DNA of 64,000 nt from an uncultured Rhodopila sp. GTDB taxonomy: Bacteria; Pseudomonadota; Alphaproteobacteria; Acetobacterales; Acetobacteraceae. The stretch lies in the NCBI GenBank assembly GCA_903932145.1, contig CAIZFE010000051.1, positions 4,173-68,172 of the forward strand, read 5' to 3'. The notes beneath the pieces were generated by a model. That model worked only from the letters and a program-made list of their open reading frames with translations, searched no databases and had not been told where the DNA came from. Position numbers and translations under genes: made by a program. Of the stretch, positions 21,800 through 31,367 are shown one piece after another (within the stretch, counting starts at the first letter, position 1; the number at the start of each line of letters is the position of its first letter).

Positions 21800-22330
21800 A
21801 TGCCGGCAACACGTATCCAGTTGGGCGTGATCGGACGGGCACACGGCGTGCGCGGGTTGGTGAAGATCACCAGCCACACCGCCGAACCCGTCGATCTGAC
21901 CGCGTACGGACCCTTGTCCGACGCGGAGGGGCGCGTGTTGTCCCTCCGCTGGGTGGCCGATGGGGTCGCTGAAATCACCCGTTATATCGACGGTGTTCCG
22001 GTTAAGGTGACCGACCGCAACGCGGCCGAGAAGCTGACCAACACCAAGCTGTTCGTCGATCGGTCGGCCTTACCGCCCGCCGATGACGATGAGTTCTACC
22101 TGACGGACCTGATCGGCCTCGCCGTGACGGACAAGGCAGGTGCGGCCATCGGAACGGTGTCGATCGTGCATGACTATGGTGCGGGTGCCAGCCTGGAAAT
22201 CGAGCGCAAGACCGGCGCATCGCTGATCATTCCGTTCACCGCCGCCTGCGTCCCGACGGTCGATATCGCCGCCGGACGTGTGGTGGTGGTCGAACCGGAC
22301 GAGATCATCGTTGCGGAGGATGCCGCGTGA
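21800..22330 (+). CDS. rimM: 16S rRNA processing protein RimM
   Basis: RimM N-terminal motif ([18 protein letters not shown]) plus PRC barrel. Conserved position between rpsP and trmD. Confidence 0.9.
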   Translation: MPATRIQLGVIGRAHGVRGLVKITSHTAEPVDLTAYGPLSDAEGRVLSLRWVADGVAEITRYIDGVPVKVTDRNAAEKLTNTKLFVDRSALPPADDDEFYLTDLIGLAVTDKAGAAIGTVSIVHDYGAGASLEIERKTGASLIIPFTAACVPTVDIAAGRVVVVEPDEIIVAEDAA

Positions 22331-23016
22331 GCTGGCGCGCTTCCGTTTTGACCTTGTTCCCGGACATGTTCCCCGGCTCGCTCGGTCAGTCATTGGCCGG
22401 GCGCGCGCTGGAAGCCGGCATCTGGTCTTTGGATGTGACCAACATCCGGGACTTCGCGCAGGACCGGCACCGGACGGTGGACGATACCCCGTTTGGCGGC
22501 GGTGCCGGCATGGTGTTGCGGCCGGACATTGTCGATGCGGCGGTGTCACATGTGGCGGACGGACGGCCGGTTGTTTGCCTGACTCCTCGGGGCCGGCGCT
22601 TCACCCAGGCGGATGCGCGGCGTTTCGCCTCCGGTCCGGGCGTGATCCTGCTGTGCGGCCGTTACGAAGGCATCGATCAGCGGGTCATCGACTCGCGCGG
22701 CATGGACGAGATCAGCATCGGCGACTACGTGCTGTCGGGCGGCGAACTGGCGGCGCTGGTGCTGCTGGACAGCATCGTGCGGCTGCTGCCGGGCGTCATG
22801 GGCGCGGCCGAGAGTGCCGTGGACGAAAGCTTCTCCGACGGATTGCTGGAATACCCCCACTACACCCGCCCGGCCGAATGGCAGGGGCGCCGCGTGCCGG
22901 ACGTACTGCTGTCCGGCCATCACGGTGCCGTTGCCGCCTGGAGGCTGGCGGAATCGAAGACAATCACCCGCGAACGACGGCCCGATCTGTGGGCTTCGGC
23001 CGGGGCTCCACAGTAA
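22327..23016 (+). CDS. trmD: tRNA (guanine37-N1)-methyltransferase TrmD
   Basis: SPOUT motifs (TLFPDMF; [12 protein letters not shown]; [11 protein letters not shown]). GTG start overlaps the rimM stop. Confidence 0.95.
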   Translation: MSWRASVLTLFPDMFPGSLGQSLAGRALEAGIWSLDVTNIRDFAQDRHRTVDDTPFGGGAGMVLRPDIVDAAVSHVADGRPVVCLTPRGRRFTQADARRFASGPGVILLCGRYEGIDQRVIDSRGMDEISIGDYVLSGGELAALVLLDSIVRLLPGVMGAAESAVDESFSDGLLEYPHYTRPAEWQGRRVPDVLLSGHHGAVAAWRLAESKTITRERRPDLWASAGAPQ

Positions 23017-23033
23017 AGCAAGAGGACAAGATC

Positions 23034-23456
23034 ATGAATATCATCCAGCAATACGAAGCGGACGAGATCGCTCGCCTGACCGCCATCCGTGGCGTGCCCG
23101 AGTTCATCGCCGGCGACACCATCCGCGTGTCCGTGAAGGTCGTCGAAGGCGAGCGCACCCGCGTGCAGGCGTTCGAAGGCGTCTGCATTGCCCGTTCCAA
23201 TCGTGGCCTGAACAGCAATTTCACGATTCGCAAGATCAGCTACGGCGAAGGCGTGGAGCGCGTGTTCCCGCTGTATGCACCGACGATCGCCGAGATCGCG
23301 GTGGTTCGCCGTGGCGATGTGCGCCGTGCGAAGCTGTATTACCTGCGTGGCCGCAGCGGCAAGTCCGCCCGTATTCAGGAACGCGCCCGTTCGACGACTC
23401 CGGTCGCCGGCAAGGGGGCAGCGGCTCCGGCCGAGTCCGCCGCGGCGTCTGAGTAA
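23034..23456 (+). CDS. rplS: 50S ribosomal protein L19
   Basis: MNIIQQYE...[36 protein letters not shown]. Lies inside a longer spurious ORF (22278..23456) in the track. Confidence 0.95.
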   Translation: MNIIQQYEADEIARLTAIRGVPEFIAGDTIRVSVKVVEGERTRVQAFEGVCIARSNRGLNSNFTIRKISYGEGVERVFPLYAPTIAEIAVVRRGDVRRAKLYYLRGRSGKSARIQERARSTTPVAGKGAAAPAESAAASE

Positions 23457-23485
23457 ACACGTTCGGGTCCTGCCCAATTTTACTG

Positions 23486-23522
23486 AAGAATGGCCGGCCT
23501 TGTGCCGGCCATTCTTGTATTG
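23486..23522 (+). terminator. Rho-independent terminator of the ffh-rpsP-rimM-trmD-rplS operon
   Basis: Perfect 11-bp stem GAATGGCCGGC / GCCGGCCATTC with 5-nt loop, followed by TTGTATT. Confidence 0.6.
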
Positions 23523-23559
23523 GTCGCTCTACACCGAGTTTCGCTCTTTCCATTACTTT

Positions 23560-24700
23560 TAGATCATTGAATTATAGGAATAATGGCGCCTGAGGCGCTC
23601 AAAATCGTAGCCATGTAATTACGGCTAATTGTTTTGTACCATCGCACCGAATCGATTCTTTTCGTCCATGAATATCGAATCCGTCCCCAGTCGGAACTCG
23701 CCCCGGCCATCCTGCTGCGGCAAAATTATCGCCAGGACGGCAAGGTCCGTAAGCGCATCCTGTGCAACCTCTCCGACTGACCGGCCGCCCACATTGGGGG
23801 GCTGCGTGCACGCCAGCCCGCCGTTGAGTCCATCCTGGCCAAACGCCATCTCAAGAACGGCACCCTCGTGTTGTACGACGTTTCGTCCAGCTACATGGAT
23901 GGGCGATGCTGCCCGTTGGCCCGGTACGGCTACAGCCGCGACCGCAAACGGGGTAATCTCCAGATCGTCTATGGCCTGCTCTGCGCGCCCGACGACTGCC
24001 CGGTCGCGATCGAGGTCTTCGACGGCAACACCGGCGATCCCACCAACCTGGCGGTGCAAATCGAGAAACTGAAACAACGATTTCACCTCGACCACGTGAT
24101 GCTGGTCGGCGACCGCGGCATGATCAGGCCGCGGAGCAGACTGATGTGCCGGGAGGCGTCAGCCGCACTCACGCAGGCGCGAATCACCGAGGACCTCGAA
24201 CCGGCGGGCCTTGGACTGGATCACCGCGCTGCGGGCGCCGGCGATCAAGGACCTGATGAACAGCGGCACCTCGCAGCTTACCCTGTTCAACCAGCGCGAC
24301 ATGGCCTCCATCACCTCGCCCGACTTTCCGGGCGAACGGCTTATTGTGTGCCGCAACCCCGATCTGGCGGCTGAACGCGCTCGCAAACACGACGAATTGC
24401 TGGTGGAAACCGAAGCCGACCTCGCCCGCGTCAAGGCCGCCACACCACGCAAATGCAATCCGTTGCGCGGTGCCGCCGCGATCGGCCTGGCGGTCGGGGC
24501 AGTGTTCAACGAACACAAAATGCGCAAGCACCGCGATCTCCCCGCTCTATCCGATCACCGTGCTGACCGAACTGCCCCCCATCCAGAGGAAGGCATTCGA
24601 TCTTCTGGGGGTCAAATGTAGCCGGTAGCGCGGGCCGTATCGATGAATTATATAGCTATTTCAGTAATTTGCTATTTTCTTAAAAGGGAACTTAGGCCTA
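23560..24700 (+). mobile_element. Degenerate IS1634-family (IS4-superfamily) transposase relic; multiple frameshifts, flanked by AT-rich sequence
   Basis: Transposase-like peptides split over all three plus frames: ...RQDGKVRKRILCNLSD (frame b), LYDVSSSYMDGRCCPLARYGYSRDRKRGNLQIVYGLL...HLDHVMLVGDRGMI (frame c), WITALRAPAIKDLMNSG...FPGERLIVCRNPDLAAERARK (frame a). Local GC drop at both ends (23520-23650, 24630-24700). Confidence 0.6.
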
Positions 24701-24900
24701 ACGAACAGCCACTCCAATCGATCGGCACGGGTATTAATTCCAGGTCGATGAGCTTCACGCGGGATTTTAGCATGAACAGGGATGTCATTTGAAGCGTTCA
24801 ACGCATCGAACGACCGGTGCGGACGTGACGGGGCGTCCGGATCGTGCTTCCTTCAGCCACACACGCTTACCGGCCAGCCAATCAACCAGGACACGCCACC

Positions 24901-26055
24901 ATGTTCGAACTTCCCGAAGAGCACCGGATGCTCCAGGACCTCGTCGCGAAATTCATCGACCGCGATGTCATCCCGCTCGAAAAGGGCGTCCTCGCCCGCG
25001 AGATGTCCGGGCAGAAATCCGGCCTGCCGCCCGAGGAAGAACACGCCCTGCTGAATAAGTGCAAGGAACTTGGCCTGTGGGGTCTGGACGTGCCGGAGGA
25101 ATACGGCGGCGCCAACCTGCCCTACGCCGCCCTGGTCGGCGTGTATGAAGAACAAGGCCGCACCTGCGTGCCCTTCACCTTCCCGCCCGACAGCCCCAAC
25201 CTGCACATGCTGATCGCCGCCGCGAATGACGAGCAGCGCACGAAATATCTCGAACCCTACGCCCGTGGTGAGATGCAGTCCTGCATCGCGATCTCCGAAC
25301 CCGGCGCGGGCGGCGATCCCGCCGGCATGACCACGCGCGCGGTCAGGGACGGCACCGACTGGGTCATCAATGGCCGCAAGATCTGGGTCAGCCGCGTCCC
25401 GCAAGCCGACTTCCTGATCGTCATGGCCCGCACCGGCGAGGGCAAACGCGCCGATGGCGTCACCGCCTTCATCGTCGAACGCGGCACCAAGGGCTTCATC
25501 ATCGAACGCGAAATCCCCATGCTGGGTGGCCAGCGCACCTACGAGCTGGTGTTCGATGACTGCCGCATCCCCGCCACCCAGCTTCTGGGCATCGAGGGCA
25601 AAGGCTACGCGCCGATGCAACTCCGCCTGACGGTCCGCCGCCTACAGATGGGCGCGTGGTGCATCGGCATGTCGCGCCGGGCGCTGGATATGATGGTGGA
25701 ACATACGAAGCAGCGGGTGACGTTCGGGCAACGGTTGGCCGACCGCCAGGCCATCCAGTGGTGGATCGCCGACGCGGCCATGAAGATTCATGCCTGTCGC
25801 CTGATGGTGTACGATGCCGCCACCAAGGCCGACGCCGGCAAAGACGTTCGCATGGAAGCGTCGATGGTCAAACTGTTCGGCACGGAAATGGCCACCGAGG
25901 TCATCGATCACGCCATGCAGGCGTTCGGCGCGATGGGTGTCGCGAAGGAACTGCCGCTGCAACTGATGGCGCAGAAAGTCCGGACCATGCGGGTCTATGA
26001 AGGCCCGTCCGAGGTCCACCGCATGGCCATCGCCCGCCGCATCATCGGCCGGTGA
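24901..26055 (+). CDS. Acyl-CoA dehydrogenase
   Basis: ACAD N/M/C domains. Start at MFELPEEHRMLQDL (ATG 24901). Catalytic-base region YEGPSEVHR near the C-terminus. Confidence 0.9.
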   Translation: MFELPEEHRMLQDLVAKFIDRDVIPLEKGVLAREMSGQKSGLPPEEEHALLNKCKELGLWGLDVPEEYGGANLPYAALVGVYEEQGRTCVPFTFPPDSPNLHMLIAAANDEQRTKYLEPYARGEMQSCIAISEPGAGGDPAGMTTRAVRDGTDWVINGRKIWVSRVPQADFLIVMARTGEGKRADGVTAFIVERGTKGFIIEREIPMLGGQRTYELVFDDCRIPATQLLGIEGKGYAPMQLRLTVRRLQMGAWCIGMSRRALDMMVEHTKQRVTFGQRLADRQAIQWWIADAAMKIHACRLMVYDAATKADAGKDVRMEASMVKLFGTEMATEVIDHAMQAFGAMGVAKELPLQLMAQKVRTMRVYEGPSEVHRMAIARRIIGR

Positions 26056-26387
26056 GCGAACCCCGCATCAAGGCCGGCATCTGGGTCAGCATGGCGTTGC
26101 GCATGGGCAACTCGGATGGCCGGTTCGGGGCTGTGCTGCGCAAGGGCGACCCGGATGCCGGCGGTGTCCTGGTTGTCCTGCGTCACAACAAAGACGTGTC
26201 GGTCCTGTCGCAGTTGCGGTCGGGGGCGGGCGAACTGTCATGGATGCGCGCCACCGGCCCTGGACCGGTCGATGACGCCGCCGCCGACGCTTATATTGCT
26301 CGGCAAGTAAAGTTCGATCCGGACCTGTGGGTGCTGGAATTCGAGGCCCCGGACATGCTGCCGCCGTTCGAAGCGAAACTTGTGTGA
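26052..26387 (+). CDS. DUF1491-family protein (alphaproteobacterial conserved hypothetical)
   Basis: 111 aa. GTG start overlapping the ACAD stop (GTGA). The pattern IKAGIWVSMALR...GAVLRKGDPDAGGVLVV matches what I recall of DUF1491. Confidence 0.45.
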   Translation: MSEPRIKAGIWVSMALRMGNSDGRFGAVLRKGDPDAGGVLVVLRHNKDVSVLSQLRSGAGELSWMRATGPGPVDDAAADAYIARQVKFDPDLWVLEFEAPDMLPPFEAKLV

Positions 26388-26464
26388 CCGTCCGTTCTGC
26401 GGCTGGAATTCCGTCTCCGGCCGTGACAAGCTGGCATCTGGTTCAACACAGGGGAGACACCACC

Positions 26465-26875
26465 ATGGCCGAAATCAAGGGAAGCTGCCGCTGCGGTAAA
26501 GTAAGCTACACGACCTCCGCCGATCCGGTGTTCGTTGGCGTTTGCCATTGCACGTCCTGCCAGAAATCAACCGGTTCGGCCTACGCGAGCGTGGTCGCCG
26601 TGCCGACCGCGGCGTTGACCGTCACCGGCACTACAACGCAGTTCGACTCGGTCGGCGACACCGGCCAGGCGACTCATCGCACGTTCTGCCCGGTCTGCGG
26701 TTCCACTGTGACCCAGTCGGCTGACGTTATGGCGGGGATCACGATGGTTCCCGTCGGATCGCTGGAAGACCCCGCCTCGGTTAAGCCGGGGATGCAAATC
26801 TTCTGTGACAGCGCGCTGCCATGGGCGCCGATCCCCGACATGCAGAGCTTCCCCAAAATGCCGATGCCTCACTAA
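26465..26875 (+). CDS. GFA-family (glutathione-dependent formaldehyde-activating / CENP-V-like) zinc protein
   Basis: CxC...CxxC cysteine pattern (GSCRCGKV; CHCTSCQK; FCPVCG). GGGGAGA RBS before ATG 26465. Confidence 0.8.
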   Translation: MAEIKGSCRCGKVSYTTSADPVFVGVCHCTSCQKSTGSAYASVVAVPTAALTVTGTTTQFDSVGDTGQATHRTFCPVCGSTVTQSADVMAGITMVPVGSLEDPASVKPGMQIFCDSALPWAPIPDMQSFPKMPMPH

Positions 26876-26886
26876 GCGTCACCCAA

Positions 26887-26913
26887 GCCCATCGGTCGTC
26901 CCGGCCTACATCC
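26887..26913 (+). terminator. Possible hairpin terminator after the GFA gene (no U-tract)
   Basis: 10-bp stem GTCGTCCCGG / CCGGGACGAC with 7-nt loop. Confidence 0.3.
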
Positions 26914-27594
26914 GGGACGACGGTGCGGACGCTGCCGCTGAGCGGACTCCTCCGACATTGAGTGACGCTCGCCCAAGCGGTTCATCCGGCCGTGAGCCCG
27001 CCGTTATCAATCAGACCCACAGGTTGCGCTCTGTGTCGCTTCGGTTTGTCGTTCCGACGACGGTCGGGCCATGAATGGGATAGTGTCCGGATGGCCCTTC
27101 GGCCGGCGACACCATCGGGAAAGCCGCGTGCGACCTTGGTTCACCCGATGATCAGCGATCGGACCAGCAGCCAAAAAACTTGACTTATTTCCTATATTAA
27201 TCTACAGTTCCAGGCATGAGAACCTTTTTACTCACCGTGCCCGCTATAAATTTTTCGACACACCTGCATTACCAAGTGGTATTCGTTCCTGAGCACAATG
27301 TCTCATAACATGGCATTATTTCTCACAACATGGCTTTTGAGACACGGTTGAGCGTGCAATCCCGGAAACGGGGATCCAGAGGATCGTGGAATTTTCTATG
27401 CACACGGGTGGTGTGCGCAGGGATGGTCAAATCGTGTTTGGCCGTTCGAGACTTGCCCGCGAAGGGTCGCGAACGTCCCGGGAGGACGCTTCGGCCGCAC
27501 CCGGGCATGCATCTCGTCCTCGCGTCATCCGGACGGCGCCCCGGCCCCTGCCACCTTCCCGTCCCGCGCGTTGACGGGAACGCAGTCCGTCCCG

Positions 27595-28995
27595 TCAGCG
27601 CGATTTCGCCTCAAACCGATAGGGCGAGGCGCCCGCCGTCAGCGGGTCCAACGACAACCGATGCTCCAGCGGCGGAAATGCCCGGCTGCCGCAATCGGGG
27701 CGCTCACACAGGCGGCACGACAGACCGATGCCAACGCGGGCACGATCCAGATCCAGACCGTCGGCATAAACGACCTCACTGGCGTTGCCCAACGCGCACC
27801 CCATCGCCACCACATGCATCGGGCGCGGTTCGCCCCATTTGGCGACGGGTTGCGTGACCGCGGTGGCAAAGCACAGATACGCCGCGCCGTCCGGCAGTTC
27901 GGCGACCTGCACCTGCACGGTGCCGGGCTGGGTGAATGCCGTGTGCACCACCCAGCGCGGGCACGATCCGCCAAACCGAGCAAACGGGAAGCCGGCGGCG
28001 GAGAATCGCTTCGACACGTTGCCGGCCGGATCGACGCGCAGGAAGAAGAACGGCACCCCGCGCATGCCGACCCGTTGCAAGGTGGACAGCCGGTGGCAGG
28101 CCTGTTCGAACGACACGCCGAAACGGGCAGCTACCGCCTCCATGTCGTGCCTCAGGCCCGACGCCGCCGCATGGAACGCCGCGTAGGGCATGATCAGCGC
28201 ACCGGCGACATAGTTGAGCAGGCCGATCCGCATCAGCATGGCGGCCTCGGTGCTGGATGGCGCGGCTTCCTTCAGGACGATCTCCACCGCGTCCCGCGCT
28301 TCCAGCAAGGCGAGTTGGAACGCCATGTGAAAGCCGCGACTTTCGCGTGGCAGGGATTCCGACAGGGCGAGGCTTCTGGTCGCCGGGTCATAGCGGCGCA
28401 GGGCCATGTCCAACGGCTGCACCGTGACGCGGACGCCATGAGCAGAGCGCAACCGTTCGGCGATCGCGTGATTCATTTCGGCCGGCGCATCCGGGGCGAG
28501 TTCGTTGGCCAGGGTTTCGGCCGCTTCCTCCAGCACCGGGAAATGGTTGGCGCGGTCGTCGAAGAAATCCCGCACCTCCTCGTTCGGCAGCAAGATCCGG
28601 CGGCCGGACGGCAGGGCGATGCCGTTGGCATCCTCGCGCGCCACCCGCCACGCCCTGTAAAGCGCCAGGACGGCGCGGGCGGCGTTGGGACTGCCGGCGG
28701 CAAGGGCCTCGACTTCGGCTTCGGCGACAGAGTCGGCACCAAGCAGCGGGTCGGCGAAGGCTTCTCGCAGGCCGACTTCGAGCTGGCGTTCCTGGGTGCC
28801 GGACAATTCGCCCAGATCGACGCGCAGGGTTTCACCCAGCTTGATCAGCAGGGAGGCCGTGACGGCGCGCTGATCGTGCTCGATCAGATTCAGATAGCTG
28901 GCCGAAATGCCCAGCCGCGCCGCGAGCGCCTGCTGCGACAGCGCCCGTTCCGTTCGCAGCCGCCGCACCGTCCGCCCGATGAGGGTCCGGCTCAT
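27595..28995 (-). CDS. XRE-HTH + ImmA/IrrE-peptidase-like + DUF2083 regulator (ScfR/RamB/PrpR-type short-chain acyl-CoA regulator)
   Basis: N-terminal HTH (LSQQALAARLGISASYLNLIE), central metallopeptidase-like domain, C-terminal Cys-rich region (CRLCERPDC). Confidence 0.8.
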   Translation of the reverse strand: MSRTLIGRTVRRLRTERALSQQALAARLGISASYLNLIEHDQRAVTASLLIKLGETLRVDLGELSGTQERQLEVGLREAFADPLLGADSVAEAEVEALAAGSPNAARAVLALYRAWRVAREDANGIALPSGRRILLPNEEVRDFFDDRANHFPVLEEAAETLANELAPDAPAEMNHAIAERLRSAHGVRVTVQPLDMALRRYDPATRSLALSESLPRESRGFHMAFQLALLEARDAVEIVLKEAAPSSTEAAMLMRIGLLNYVAGALIMPYAAFHAAASGLRHDMEAVAARFGVSFEQACHRLSTLQRVGMRGVPFFFLRVDPAGNVSKRFSAAGFPFARFGGSCPRWVVHTAFTQPGTVQVQVAELPDGAAYLCFATAVTQPVAKWGEPRPMHVVAMGCALGNASEVVYADGLDLDRARVGIGLSCRLCERPDCGSRAFPPLEHRLSLDPLTAGASPYRFEAKSR

Positions 28996-29137
28996 GGTTT
29001 ACACCCTTTACAAACTCACCGTCGTGTCGGTGAAGACAGCGACCGCATTGCGTGGACCAATGCCAATTAGGGCTTCTTATTCATGGCCGCAATGTCAATT
29101 ATTCACTGAACGCCTGACGACATGAAGGAGCAGGACG

Positions 29138-29422
29138 ATGGCTTCTACCCCTGAGTATGCACCCGATGGCATGTTGATCGCTGGCCGCGTCACGGAGCGG
29201 TTCGTCGGAACGGCAGCCAGCGACAGTCAGGACGACGGGTTGGTGCATAAGCATGCCTGGGCGAGATCCGAGACCATCAACAAGGTGGCGGCAGCCTCGG
29301 GCGGCATGTTCCTCATGCCCTCTCTGATGTGTCGGTTTCATCATCAGACCCCGATGCCGACGCTGGATGGGCATGATGACGGTCGGGTGCATAACCACAT
29401 CCGGGCCATGTCCGGACAATAA
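29138..29422 (+). CDS. Small His-rich hypothetical protein with internal duplication
   Basis: 94 aa. Repeated DDG[LR]VH[KN]H motif (DDGLVHKHAW / DDGRVHNHIRA). Divergent from the ScfR-type regulator. Confidence 0.4.
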   Translation: MASTPEYAPDGMLIAGRVTERFVGTAASDSQDDGLVHKHAWARSETINKVAAASGGMFLMPSLMCRFHHQTPMPTLDGHDDGRVHNHIRAMSGQ

Positions 29423-29513
29423 TACCGCCGGGTTTAGGGAGGCGGCGCAACAGGCTGCGGGGCGAAGGCTTCGCCGCCTTTTCTTTGTCGGCTGCTCATG
29501 ACCAAAATGCTGT

Positions 29514-30299
29514 GTGGTTCTTTGGGGACGCTGCGTGGGCCAGACACAGGATGACCAGGATACGGCGATCCGGCAAATCGCCCATACTGCCACACGCGCC
29601 CGCCGTCAGACTTTGCTGGCCGCGTTGTTGCGACAGCACGGATCGATCGTACAAGCCGGCCCGTTCGCTGACATGATCGTGCCCGATCGGGCGGCCCGCG
29701 GCGACGGCGATTTACTCTCGAAACTTCTGGGTTTCTTCGAGGCCGAACTGCATCCGGTCATCGACGACATCGTGGCGTGTGCACCGGACCTGATCATCGA
29801 TGTCGGCTCGGCCGAGGGATACTACGCCGTCGGGATGGCCCGCCTGCTGCCCGCGGCATTCGTGCATGCGTTCGACTCCGACGCGCAATCGCAGGATATC
29901 TGCCGCGAGGCCGCCAGCTTGAATGACGTCAGCAGCCGGGTTTCGGTCACCGGTCAATGCTCGCCCGATCTGCTTCAGGCGATCCTGCCGCGGGGCCGGA
30001 CTCCCGTGGTGATCTGCGACTGCGAGGGTTATGAGCGGGACCTGATCGATCCGCGGCGGGTGCCAGCCTTGCGGGCAGCGATGCTGCTGATCGAATGCCA
30101 CGACTTCATCGACCCCACCATCACCCAGACGCTGGCGGACCGTTTGAGTGCGACGCACACTTTGGAAGGGGTCCGTGAAGGCGCCCGCGATCCGAACGCC
30201 TCACCGTTTTTGCAGGGTCTCGATAGCCTGGACCGGTGGCTCGCGGTTTGCGAGTACCGACCCACCATGATGCACTGGATCGTTGCCCGCCCGAAGTAG
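29514..30299 (+). CDS. FkbM-family / class I SAM-dependent methyltransferase
   Basis: Motif I IIDVGSAEGYY and CDCEGYE (FkbM IDxEGxE-like). Confidence 0.6.
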   Translation: MVLWGRCVGQTQDDQDTAIRQIAHTATRARRQTLLAALLRQHGSIVQAGPFADMIVPDRAARGDGDLLSKLLGFFEAELHPVIDDIVACAPDLIIDVGSAEGYYAVGMARLLPAAFVHAFDSDAQSQDICREAASLNDVSSRVSVTGQCSPDLLQAILPRGRTPVVICDCEGYERDLIDPRRVPALRAAMLLIECHDFIDPTITQTLADRLSATHTLEGVREGARDPNASPFLQGLDSLDRWLAVCEYRPTMMHWIVARPK

Positions 30300-31259
30300 C
30301 TACGCGGCCTTGCGGCGGAATGCGCCCAGGCTACCGGCGTGGATGAGTTCGCTGGGCAGTTGGTGCCCGACGATTTCTTCCGCCAGCCGCCCGACCTCGA
30401 TCAGCGCGTCCAGATCGACGCCGGTTTCGATGCCCATTTCCTCGCACAGCAGGACCAGTTCCTCGGTGCAGATGTTGCCGGCGGCTTTCGGCTGCCCCGC
30501 GAACGGACAGCCGCCCAGGCCGCCAACGGTGGAGTCGTACCGGGTCACGCCCATTTTCAGGCCGGCATGGGCGTTCGCCACCGCCATGCCGCGCGTGTCG
30601 TGCAAATGCAGCGACAGGGCCATGTCCGGCCAGCGGTTCCGCACCGCCCCGATGACTCGTTCGATCCGAGCCGGCGTCGCCCAGCCCATCGTGTCGGCCA
30701 GGGAGAACAAGGAGATCGTCGCACCCGTTTCGGCAGCGATGGCGAGACCGTCTTCCAGCGTCTGGATCACCTGAGCCGGCGGGATATCGCCCTGATAGTT
30801 GCAGCCGAACGCGGCCATGACGCCGACCCGGGTGACGGGAATGCCCTTGGCCTGCTGCACGGCACTGTGTTTCGTCATCGCCTCGATGTTTTCCGACGGG
30901 CTGCGGTTCAGGTTCTTCCGCGTGAACCCTTCAGACGCCGTCAGCGAAATCGAGCCGTGGATCGTCAGCTTGTCCTTGAACGCCAACGCCCGGTCGAGGC
31001 CGTTGCCGTTGAAGAACAGCCCCGTGTATTCGACGCCCGGTTTGGCCTTAAAACCCGCCACCACCGCCTCGGCGTCCGCCCAGCCGGGAACCAGGCGCGT
31101 GTTGACGAACGAGCAGGCCTGGATGTGGTGCAGACCGGTTTCCGAAAGCGCCTCGATCAGGCGGATTTTGTCCGTGGTCGGGATCGGGCCGGGTTCGATC
31201 TGAAAACCCTCGCGCGGGCCTTCCTCGTGGATCTCGACGTTCCTGGGCAGATCGGTCAT
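30300..31259 (-). CDS. Hydroxymethylglutaryl-CoA lyase (HMGL-like TIM barrel)
   Basis: 319 aa. HMGL motifs (VEIHEEGPREGFQ; DTxGxA-like DTMGWATP; H-x-H LHLHDTRG). Confidence 0.85.
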   Translation of the reverse strand: MTDLPRNVEIHEEGPREGFQIEPGPIPTTDKIRLIEALSETGLHHIQACSFVNTRLVPGWADAEAVVAGFKAKPGVEYTGLFFNGNGLDRALAFKDKLTIHGSISLTASEGFTRKNLNRSPSENIEAMTKHSAVQQAKGIPVTRVGVMAAFGCNYQGDIPPAQVIQTLEDGLAIAAETGATISLFSLADTMGWATPARIERVIGAVRNRWPDMALSLHLHDTRGMAVANAHAGLKMGVTRYDSTVGGLGGCPFAGQPKAAGNICTEELVLLCEEMGIETGVDLDALIEVGRLAEEIVGHQLPSELIHAGSLGAFRRKAA

Positions 31260-31367
31260 GGCGACGGTTCCTCATTATGGTCTTGGCGTTAGACCCATCT
31301 TGAGAGCACGACGAACCGGTTGCAAGCGAACCCGACTCAGGCTGATCCAACCTGAGACGGGTCTGGG

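Noticed and set aside
27571-29070. 499-aa plus-strand ORF antisense to the ScfR-type regulator
   Set aside because: R/G/Q-rich junk with no domain features. The minus-strand HTH regulator is clearly the real gene.
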